From Lingula anatina (Eukaryota; Animalia; Brachiopoda): a stretch of 64,000 nt of DNA. The stretch is taken from positions 15,066,001-15,130,000 of the forward strand of contig CM120642.1 of the NCBI GenBank assembly GCA_051362555.1, read 5' to 3'. The position numbers were made by a program, and so were the translations under genes. Under the pieces are notes generated by a model, which worked only from the letters and a program-made list of their open reading frames with translations, ran no database searches and was not told the origin of the DNA. Position 1 is the first letter of the stretch; each line of letters opens with the position of its first letter. Positions 11,881 through 23,500 of the stretch are shown in pieces.

Positions 11881-14800
11881 AAAGTAATTAAAATATACAT
11901 TCAAGAATATTGTGTTAATATAGAATGGGGTAGGCCTATTCATGGACTCTAATTAGGTCCATGGCCTATTAAATCCATAAAAATATCATTACCTTAATCA
12001 TTGGTATTTTAACTTGACGCAGAACTTTTCAACTTTCACACTTTGGACGTTCGTAACTCGCATGTTCGTAACCCTCGATACTCTGCATTTGCAGCATATT
12101 TTATACTACTGCCTATGTTGAAAAGCACTCATCAAAGTTTACAACCGTTGGACCATCAGTTGAATAGTTAAAAAGAACGGTGGAGCAACATTTCAGTGGC
12201 TTGTATGGAACTTACCGCGTACGCCATCTGAGGAGCAATGATACCACCTATTCGAGCTGACATGGAGGCAAACCCTAGACCCTGATTCCTGGAAATATGA
12301 ACAAGTACATATTTGACAACTGATATTGGGTTGTGTCAGGGCAATTGACATAATTCTTTTCAACTTCGTTGGATTTGGTTGTGAAGAAATGATTAAATTC
12401 GCTAAAAACACATCTTTTCTGTAATGTAAAGCTGATATCTTCCGAGGGCCGTTTACACATATCTACATCAGCACTGACGTACGATATACTGTAAACAGCT
12501 GCATTGATAAAGATAAAAACGACAAGAAAATAGTTACAATCATTGTATACAAAGTCTCTAATATCAGCTATGTATAAAAATGAAGTAATCCACCTTATCG
12601 GCGTCGGGTAGCATTCCGAGGTGAGAATATACATGGCATGCCAACCTATTAGTATACTGGTGTGTGATATATTAGATATCACTGAGACTACCACCCACAA
12701 CTCCGTATACCGCCCAATAGCTACCAGGACAATGAGAGGAATCAGTAAAACTGCCGCTGAAAGCAGACAGACATTCGCTATTCTACCTCGACCAATCCTG
12801 GAAAATAAACATATTTCAGTAAAGAAGAGTGCCAGCCTTCGATCGCCACCATAGAATATGACTTATCACCAAAGCACAACAATGTAGTTAAAGAAGTTAT
12901 AAAACATTATATATATGTATATAATCTTCATTCTAATTATTTGATGACAATCTATGAACAGTATATTGTTATCTTGACAAGTTTCTCTATAATATTTTAA
13001 ACATATCTTATTTATGGAGTGATTTTACTTTGCAAAATTGTTTGGCTCAAAGCATCTATATACACTGGGTGGATTTCGGTTGAGAGCCGCTCTTACGTAC
13101 CATCTAGTTAATACGGGCATCAGAACAGCAGCTAAGTAGGACAGACTGAAGTTGATGGCAAGGTTAACATACTTGTTGCCTGGCAAGTTTTTCAAATTGA
13201 ATAATACACCGTAGCTAAAAAGACTGTTTGTAAACCTAAAAATAATTAACGAAAATAATGAAAAATGGAAAGGTGTCAGATTCCACAAAAACGTGGTCAT
13301 GGTTAATATGTGAAGGACGTTAAATAATAGTTTGTAACAATGTTGCCATATATCAAAATACGTATTTACATTTTTTCACGTATGGTACACAACACATTAC
13401 CACGCCGTACACCATAACATCGATTACCTCTCAAACCTACCAAATAAACATGATCATAGTTGTAGTTCTTGTGAGAGTCGGGGTCCGGAAGAGATCCCAA
13501 AATCCGTACCGTCTACTGCGTTGTGCTAAATGCATTTCTTCCTGAAAACATAAACCTTTCACTTTGTCTACTTTACTTTATACACTGTACTTACTAACTA
13601 TGCTGTGGTATATGTTACTACTATAAAAACTTTTCCATATACTGGTATACACGAACACCTGCAAACGTATTAAATTAGACCTACTTTATTGTTTTTACTT
13701 ATTTGCTTTATTCAAGAATTTTCATATCAGCAAATTATTTAACAAAAAAAGGGGGGCGGTTTCCATATTTTGAAACTCCTTGCATGTTTATGAATATTAA
13801 ATTTACCATTTGCACAGCTTGAACAACAAAATTTTTTATTACACACTAAGGGATGATTTAATACGATATTATTAACAACGTTTATAACCGTTTGCAAATG
13901 AAAGAAAAACTTACTTCACACTGTTGCACAAAAGCATCCATATCTGGCAAAGGCTTTTTGTTGCTTTTCGCTATTCTTTTGGCAATAGTGACAACCTCGT
14001 CATATCGACCCTGCGACAGCAGCCACCTTGGACTCTCCGGAAGAAACCTGGAAATAGTACACATAACTATTTCAACATTGCTTTATATCATAAAATGCAG
14101 AAGTGATACTGAGGGGGGGGGGGGGGGGGCAGTGTACTGGCCCTATTGTCTATTTCATGTTCCTAACTGAATTGATTGTACTCATTCTGAATTTCAGAGG
14201 TCGCTGGGAGAAGATCACTGGGAGAAGATTAGCATGCCTCTTCCGTTCCCATTATCCAGACAGGCTTTCGGATAATGGCGGTGAGTTGCCTGAGGCCTCT
14301 GGATCTCAGGGTGACACGGCTAACTGCTACACATGTATATCTAATTGAGAGAAATATCTTATTCGGTTTTAAACATACCACCAAGCGGTGATGATTGACA
14401 GCCCTGGCAAAGAAGTGCTCAGCAGAAGTGTACGCCATTCTCGGATGAAGTAGCCAAATAGTAGAAGTACCAGCAACCCTAGTGGCCACAGCCCTAACCC
14501 ATTGATAACGGGGCGATACTTAGGACCGAGGAATTCAACACTCCAAATGTAGCCAACAACAATACAACCTGCATCAGAACGAAAGAAAATACAATGCAGA
14601 ATCTCATTTATGATTTAAAGGAGAGATAGAGAGGTTAAATGAAGGTTTTAATTAAGTGTTCAAAGCACTAAATTACCTGCTTGATGATATGCACTAGTTC
14701 TTATGCAGCCATCACATCCACGATGGGATTTGAACACACTAAAAGGGATAATAACTCTTCCTTTTAGCCAAAAAATGAATTTTCCTGGAGTAAACAACAA

Positions 14801-17733
14801 TTTTTCCATACTTACCAATGGTTATTGAATCCATTTTTACATTCAAAGTTAGTCCCTGTTTTTTTTTCTAAAAAGTTTTTTTTTTTGTTATAATCTCTTA
14901 AGAGATTATAACAGAGTATAGCCGTCAGTGGAGGTCACGTTGTCTAAAGACAAGCTCAGGTATCAGAATAATAGCTATAACTGCAATTTTTGTGGTAAAA
15001 CAGAAAATATCAATCTATGAGTTGTCCACAATGTTTTTATTGTTTATTGTTTTTATTGTGGAATATAGACCTCATTAAAAGAGTTATTATCCCTTTAAGT
15101 TCACGACATATTTGTGTTACTAAATGATTTAAGGCAGGTGTCATTTTACCTCCAATCCCCGTTCCACTAAGGAAGCGTAGTATAGCAAACTGTATCCAGT
15201 CATTAGTAAAAGCTTGTGCTGCTCCTACTATGCTGGTGAACAACAAGGCAAAAAAGTACACCTACAAAATAGTGGTTAAGTTCTCATGGCATGTTTAAGC
15301 TGTCTGTTCTTTTTATTGATTGTTTTCTTAATGTACATTGCAGTGGCAATAATGATTATCAAAACTAAAACAAAAGTTTCATTAAAAACAAACAGTGGAA
15401 TGGATGGGTTTAATCAATGACCTAGATATAGGTATTTGGTCTGATGATCAGCACTTTACCTTCTTTCGACCGAAAGCGTCCCCCAGCTGTCCAAACACCA
15501 GGCAACCTATCAGTACTCCTGCCATCTGGAGGGACGATATAGTGTCACTGATAAAGTCTCGGTTGCAGATTAAATCCCACTGGAACGATACATTTCATTC
15601 ATTCGTCATTATCATAGTATCACGCACGCGCTGAAAGAGATCTGTGTGCTGTATAATCTCCATGTGTTATAGGATGTTTGCGTTACGCATTTTGAGAGTT
15701 GTCTTCCACATTTACCTTAATGTATTAAAAGCAATTATGTCAATTTTGATGCCAACTTTATTGTAAAAACAAATGCATTCTTTTTTTTCTGTGCATAGCT
15801 TTTTTCTATGTAATAAGTGCTCTGGATTAAGAAGTTTGTTCAGCCTCTATTTTATACTTAAAGATTTGAGGAATTGTATTACTAAACGTAACATATGTTA
15901 AGGGATTTTAAAATTACCTTTTTATACTATTTCCCTAAATATTCTAAACGTATCATACATTCTTTGTGACTTGGTCTATAATGTACTTATTTTTTCTTGT
16001 AAGTTATGATATTTATTAAAAAATCTATCAAGAGCAAGTTTTTAGTCACTGCATTGTCACCTCAGTACGATCTGAACAGTTCTCCTTTGAAGGCTCAAAA
16101 ATAATTCACTTAAAGGATATCGTTATTTAGATGGCTGGAAATGTGTTATAGCGAAAGTCACTCATACATATAGGAATGTTAAATTTTTTAATTTTAATTT
16201 TAATTAAAAGCAAAGGAAGACTTTCTTGTCTTTAGATCACGTGTGACATTATACTGCCAATATCGGCATCAGAAGAGGACTAGCAGGACACTGTTCATCA
16301 GTATGTAAAGAGGCAATGTCTGGCATGTCATTTTAGCGTGTGTATCAATTTTTTTTAAATTATTTTTATGGGTAGCATGAGTGTCTGTGAGTTTATATTG
16401 CATCAACATTGAAAAGAATTTTAACAGAATTACAAAAACGTAAGAGCCCTCAGACAGAGAGCATGTACGTTAGACGCCGAGACATTAAGTGCATGTCTGT
16501 AATACAGGCTGTGCAGTTAGATCAGGTAAAAAAAGTTAAGCGTAAATTTTGCCTTCTTATAACTGATGATAATTGAAATCTTTGCACTAATAATAACCAA
16601 GAATATATTCATCATTTAACGTAAATATATTGTTTAGATATTATCATTCCGTTTGTTTTGTAAGGTCAACAAGAATCAAATCTTATTCTCACGATTTTGA
16701 CAGACACGAAATCTATTGTGTGCTTTCGTTAAACGCTTGTGTATTAACTATCATGGCATAGCTCAAATTGCAACCAATCGCAAGCATTAAAGGTGACAGT
16801 GCGAAAGGCCTCTTATAACACATATACAGTACTTACCTCTGTTACAATGGATGTAAACCCAGTGTTGAAGGTATGGCCAGGACAGGGAAGACCCCCCTCC
16901 ATGCACTTGCTTGTTTCCACCACATCCTCCCCTTGGTTACTGATGTTGTATAGCAATGGTACATAAATTATCTCTGTTACATTATACACAGTCAAGCTAT
17001 CATTCAAAGTCTGGTTCCCATACTGATTTATACACTTCCAACCCGGGTGAGCTCCGACGAAGACTAGGGCTAACATGGAAAATGCCCCGACGAACTCCCA
17101 TCCTAGTGATATGATGAATACTATCGCAAATTGGTACCATCCGATCTGACCTTAAAGGAAGAAATTGATAAATATCTTAAAACAGTTTTTAAAAGTATTT
17201 TAACAGTCGTCAAAGGACCTTTGGGTACAATGAAGACCTAAATATTTAACCAAAGCATTATTACATAACTAAGAAATATGTATTGGCGCACTGTTCTAAT
17301 CCCTAATCCCGACGCAAATACAGTGCAACCTAATTTTAAATGCCTTTCACGAATCATCACATACACGAGATTCCGTAACATTTTACTAAGATAGGGGGGC
17401 TAATTTAGTTAGAGATGATCCATGAATAAATTAGACTGCCTTTGTTTTATTGACTTTTCAGTTTTTTGAAGGAAGTTTTTAGTTTTAGGTCTGAAAGTCT
17501 AAAAGATTAGTAGCTTTGCAAAATATTAAAATATAGAAATATGACATTTTTGAACGTTAATGAATACGTTTAATTTTAAATTTCCTGAATATTTCTGAAT
17601 TAAAACGTTTGCTCAGTGTTCCTTTAGTGCAATGTCAGGGTACGTCCACATTGTGTACAAACTACAAACTATTTTTACTCAATATCTTCAAAGACTTACC
17701 AACTTCCAGCAATATATCCTCAAACTGAGGCAT
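11505..17733 (-). CDS. SLC22A15-like: SLC22-family transporter paralog B, complete, 11 coding exons, about 554 aa
   Basis: Exons 17733-17700, 17150-16837, 15579-15460, 15261-15150, 14568-14379, 14047-13915, 13541-13441, 13235-13101, 12797-12594 (fused exons 9+10), 12288-12216, 11753-11505; total 1665 nt in frame. Motifs [38 protein letters not shown]. Confidence 0.93.
14735..15005 (+). repeat. Interspersed repeat, second copy of the 4085-4345 family
   Basis: Shared blocks ACATTCAAAGTTAGTCCCTG, TCTTAAGAGATTAT, TCAGAATAAT, TTGTGGTA. Confidence 0.75.
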
Positions 17734-18943
17734 GTCACACTTTGAATTAGTTGACTTCGAGTACAGATTAAAACGGATATTCAACACACAGGCACCTGTT
17801 TGCGCCACACGGGACGGTGCCGTGTGAAAACGAAGATCACAGCAGCTGTACGGAAAATATCTGGCAGTGATAAGGGTATTCAAGTGTCATTTCGCAAGGT
17901 GGGCATTTGATTCACGTCTGTAACGCACATATTTTGGGAAACATTTGTATTTCTGTTTCATATCACTTTTTTAATCATTTTGGAGAATACACTCATAGTT
18001 TAAAACAGCAAAAACGTAACAAGGAAAGTCAATGCAAATATTGCACAAAATGTGCTTTCGAAAGAATGACCTTGTCCATTTTCTAAAATTGTTCTCTGTG
18101 GCGCAGTTTGTAGAAAAACACACCATATGGCAAATGCTGTGCCACGACAGCCGTGAACTGTAATTACTATATCTTTCCGCGTTAAACGAGGTCGCAATAT
18201 GAATACATTCATACTAACAGGGTGCGCATTGAATTTGATAAGCAATATTTAAGTGACCTAGACCCTGCTGGGTCACTGAAACTTTTCCAGGGGAAAAATA
18301 AAGTGTAAAATCGAATTGGTCCACTGATCTGTAAACGAGTGCGTTACCACTAGTTGATCTGCGGATATGAAAGTATGAGCTTCAGGCACCACCCAAATTA
18401 CAGTTATACAATTGTAGTTAGACCGCAGTGCATTCCCACTCAGAACAAGAAATATGCAAGAATTGGGGTGAAGTGGGTACAAATTTCAAGCGATGGAGTT
18501 TAAACGTTGTGAGTGAGACATTTCCTTTAAAAAAATACCGCTAAATTGACACGCAAAACAAGATGAATTTATACTGTCGTTCAAAAATACGTTTTCCGTG
18601 GATGAATTTTCCCAGCTTTCATTCGGCACTGCAATTGTGTGTTTCTAAATCAGTGGTACCTGTTTGCAGTTTCACATTCACAAGAAAGAAACATAACAGT
18701 CATGTGTCATATGTGTTAGACAAGGCCATTTTGGATGGTGTCCTTAGCTGTAAGCCTCATTAGATCGATAGCTCAGCCTGCATGTCCAAGTACACTGTAT
18801 GCACTGTATTTAACAACCGGACATTTATTTTTTGCTATGTCATCTTAGATTGACTTGATCGTTATCCAATACACATATCCAGAGCATAGTATATATAGAA
18901 TATATCTACATCTTTCTTAAAGTTCTGAGGGTTTATTCACACT

Positions 18944-19249
18944 CAGGCCGCATTTACATCGAGTTGAGCCATGGCTCTACAAAGCCACGACCTAAATATG
19001 GCGGACGTACACGAAGGGAAAACCGCCTAATCTTTTAATAGTCTCCCCGCCTCTCACACGCCTCCCCATGCGTCGTCCCTGCGGGGGTACAGTCATTAAA
19101 TTTCGGCTCCATTGGGACGAAACATGGGGAGGCGTGTGAGAGGCGGAGAGACTATTTAAAGATTATGCGGTTTTCCTTTCATGTACGTCCGCCATATTTA
19201 GGGCGTGGCTTTGTAGAGCCATGGCTCAACTCGATGTGAATGCAGCCTG
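18944..19249. mobile_element. Fold-back / MITE-like element, 306 bp with ~135-bp inverted arms
   Basis: CAGGCCGCATTTACATCGAGTTGAGCCATGGCTCTACAAAGCCACG... pairs with ...CGTGGCTTTGTAGAGCCATGGCTCAACTCGATGTGAATGCAGCCTG. Confidence 0.8.
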
Positions 19250-19669
19250 GGCCAGACGGCATTTTAGTCAAACACAGGGCACATTTTAACACTGATAATA
19301 ACTATAACTGTGTTGGCAGTCGTTATATTGCAGCAGTTGTATGGTATGGTGTGTACACCCATGTCCTTATTCCTGTAAATTGCTTTCTTTAAATAAACTT
19401 TATTTCTCACAAATTATAGTTTGCCATTATTTTTTCTTAAACCGTGCCAACCATGTTCCTCTCTTAAAAATTAGGTTTACGACCATTTCAATTGTCAGCG
19501 GTTTGAATTGACAGTTTCAAAAATGGAAAAAGTAACATGCCCACTTCTCGTTAAACTATTATAGATTCGTCTAGATAGAATACATTCAATAAAAAAAAAC
19601 AAAAAAATAAATAACAAACAGGCAATTGAATAAACAAAGACACACCCCTAAGACAGCTCAAATCAAATT

Positions 19670-20447
19670 TTATATATAGTTTGCGCCTATATCGTTAAGA
19701 GAAATATCGTTATCAGTTTTCACACCGACGTCCACTTTCTGCTGTCCACAAAAACACCACTGTCTTTCCGGAACTGTGTCTTCCAGGGGTTTGTCACGTG
19801 TTTCCTCCATGAATATCGTCACCACACCAGAGAGAAGTGCAAATGTTCCGCTCAAAACGAAGGGAAACGCATCCCAGTATTTTGTCTAAAAAATTGACCA
19901 AAAAAAAATAATAGTAAATAAATAAACAATCAAATAATGTTAGATTAGATAAAGACTGGATTGCCTTCCAAAAAGCCAACAATGGATAATAAAAACTCTG
20001 AAAAATTCAAGTCAGTTCTTCGATTTACGTTTTCTTACGGACGGCGAAATACAAGCATATTTGAAGTAGTCAACTGGAATGTGGATCCGAAATTGAGCTT
20101 GTTTAAAATGGCAGAAAATTGGCGATAATTCAGTGGACTATTAAACTAATTTTTGGGCTAACAGTCAAAAATTAGCAGTAGATTTTCAGTCTTTTGTGAA
20201 ACGGGGCCCAGAACGTACCAGGTATGCCATCAGGGGGGCCAAAATGGCGGCAATCCGTGCTGTCATTGAAGAAAATCCTAGGCCTATATTTCTGAAAATA
20301 AACACAAAATGAAACGTAGAGTTTCAACAATGAAAACCCATGTTTCATTTAGTAAGCTCTTGTACATTTTTTATGAATGAACTGATGGTATATATTATTA
20401 TTTATCTACATGTATATTTTCTGAGCATTTTTTCTTGGGGCATCTGT

Positions 20448-20521
<74 letters not shown>

Positions 20522-23500
20522 AAGTCAGAAGCATAGAAGATATGGAATGATTTTAACGAATTAAATGATTCATTACTCATATGGCGCATTTTCATGAAAT
20601 GATAACATCTCAAACCTTATCGGTGTCGGGTATTGCTCTGAAGTCAGTATATACAGGGCATACCAGCCTACGCTCACAGCGGTGGTGGCCAAAGAGGTCA
20701 AGATGGATATAACTAACCATAACTGGGCATACAGACCTACAAAATAAGCTTTTGATAAATAAATGTGTGTACATTTAAAATGGATGATATTCACTGTGTG
20801 GGGTTTGTCAAGAGAGAAAAATGCTTAGGGCTCTAGCGTAGGTTAGTTGACTTCAAATAGTCTTTGGCGACACTAGTAATTTGTCAGATTCATAATAATT
20901 TGTGTTTACACTTCGAATTACTTTTACATATTTAGGCAAGTTACCTAATAGGAAAAGTGTGAAAATTGGTATCACGCAGATGAATCCAAAGAATAAACCC
21001 ACTGTGGTGATTATTCTTCGCCCAAACCTAGAAGAAGAAAAAAAGACAATTTTTACCTAGTGCATGAATAGTGTCCATAGGCCAAAAATGCAATTAATTT
21101 TGAATTTTAATGTGTAAGTATCATCCTGCTACCCCTTAATGTATAGTGACATGGTCTGATAGCCAGCGCACAGAATATACCTAGAGAAGTCTTAATCTCA
21201 AAATAAGGCATTCACATGTGCTCTAAGTATCAAGTAAGTTTGGTATTTACCCTTTAAAATCCCCGCCAAACGAAACATAGATATTTAAACGTTGTGCGCA
21301 CTTGTGACGTTCTCGCCTCAGATATACACCTACTAAGGATTAATAATAACAAGAGGTGTTTGTGTCATAGGTCTGTTTATTGGTCGGACAAGGTCTGCTT
21401 ACGGACCGACGGACAGACCGACATGAGAAAAGAAATATACCCCTTCTTCTTCTTCGGCGGGAAGAGGGGGGTGCATCATATCAACGATATTTTCCTGTCG
21501 TGAGTGTTTGTTGGACAGAAATTTCAAAAGTTGAATAAACACCCTACTACATCGTATACGTTTCCACTCTTGTGCAAGTTTAAACGTGATGCTCATACAT
21601 GGATCTCCATAATAACCGTGGCTTGTAGGGGTCACATTAACAGATTCATTCTTACCCAAATGTGCATTACTCGCGGCTTAAAGACTGTCATTAAAACCCT
21701 ACTGAATAAAGAGTATATGCAAGGCCTCACAACTGACAACTGGGTTCCCTCTCAATGCGCCGACCACGTCAATGTACTCAAATTCACATTTAATATATTT
21801 ATGTCGTCTGCCTGGTGTGTAATGGTAGGGGTTTATGTCTTGGGTGTAAGATGCTATGCCTGTGCACACATGTTTAGAAATAAGACAGAAAGAAAACATG
21901 AGAAGCTGTTCAAAAATTTTCTGGATCTTATTTTTCTTGCTGATCCTGAGCGGACCCGTTTTGTCGTTTCTTGTGCAGTCACCGGTTTTATTGTATTGGA
22001 TTGCAGTTTCCTACTATGTAATTATAATCATATTACTAAGTGTCGTTCTCCTGAGGTATATACTGAAAAAGGATCGGGATAAGTGCAAGGTATTGGCGCT
22101 TTGTACTGGAGTATTCTTGTGGACATTTACACTGACGTGTGGCTTCTTTCTTTGGGCGCTGATTCGAACTCTTCCTGCAGAGGCAACCAGGTTTCTCATC
22201 ATCTCAGTTGGTGGGTTTGTTATTCTGTTGCTGATCCTAATAGCTATCTGTGGCTGTATAGCTTACAATGGTCAAAAGTTACGACTGCAGACATGTTGTA
22301 ACTCACGATGCCATTTGCCTTCCACAACCTGCCCCTGCATTAATACGAGGAAAAAGAAAAAAATGGCAGCACAAATGGAAGGCGAAGGATTAGTATGGAC
22401 ATCTTTTAATGAGCCGATAGATACAGCAAAGGTGTTATTTGAATATCGAAAGCCATCCGATACTCCGTCGCTGGCCAGTTCATACTTGGACTTACGCATC
22501 ATTGATGAATTGTATGTGAGAGAGTTTGCTAGCAGGAACGGCGACTTAGCTACAGGAGCAGAACCTTCTCTTAGCTTCTGCCCCGATTGCAAACATCCTT
22601 ACAGTGCTTTATCGTCCCCACCACTAGACCAAAGTGTGAGGGAAAGGAGACCATGTTCGGACAATAGTTTTAACAGTGCCAAGGCATATCGCAACGGGTG
22701 TAATCTTTCACTTGTTCTCTCGCCGGTGTCGTTTGATTCGGAAACAGGTGTTAATTCAAATCACACTGGTTATAAAGGTAGGCAAATTGGGCAAGAGGGT
22801 GACAGGGACTTTCAGAAGGGTGCATTTTCCGACTATGAGCGCGCCAACAATGAGAAGCCTGACTCCCAAACGGCAGCCGGGGAAGATTCTGGGATTTTCT
22901 TATCAGATCAATTTCTGGGTTCTCTCTCCTCGTCCAACGTTTGCCGTAGCAACAGTTTTAATCCACAAAGCGTAGACACCGCACGTGTCAGTAACAACTT
23001 AAACAACTGCACCACCTACCACTCTGACCCTACCTTACACACAGTTGTCCAGGGCTGTGCGACAATTGCTACGATAGATGGCGTTGAGATGGGGTTTTAC
23101 CACGTCAGTTCAAGCAAGCAAAGCAGCGAAGACGATGTGAACGCCCAGCAGGAAAATCACTACGAAACGGTCATCTACCACCCAAGCACAGTCAGTACCA
23201 ATAGCGTCCATACAGATGCCTATTCTGAGGGCTTAAGTATCCAAGACAAGGCGAAGGACAAAGTTAGCTCAAACAAGGATGGAATCAAGGGCCCGACATC
23301 AAAAACTAACAATAGCGAAACCCAGTGTCCTGCAGAGACAGATGGTAGTGAGCGCCACGACTATGAAACATCGGAGAAACATATTATAGCCCACCCGAGT
23401 AGTTACACCAATCTAAGCGTGTTCAACGCCATCTTTAAACCACAAAAAGGCGATGTACCCAATAACAACACTTGGCCCTTAAGTAGAGCCAGGAGAAAGT

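Noticed and set aside
20340-20613. ORFs with IYIYIY runs (also near 30.8, 41.4 and 55.8 kb)
   Set aside because: Translations of (AT)n microsatellites.
21504-22082. 192-aa plus-strand ORF overlapping the nested gene
   Set aside because: Non-ATG start, out of frame with the 572-aa ORF and no recognisable features; likely incidental.
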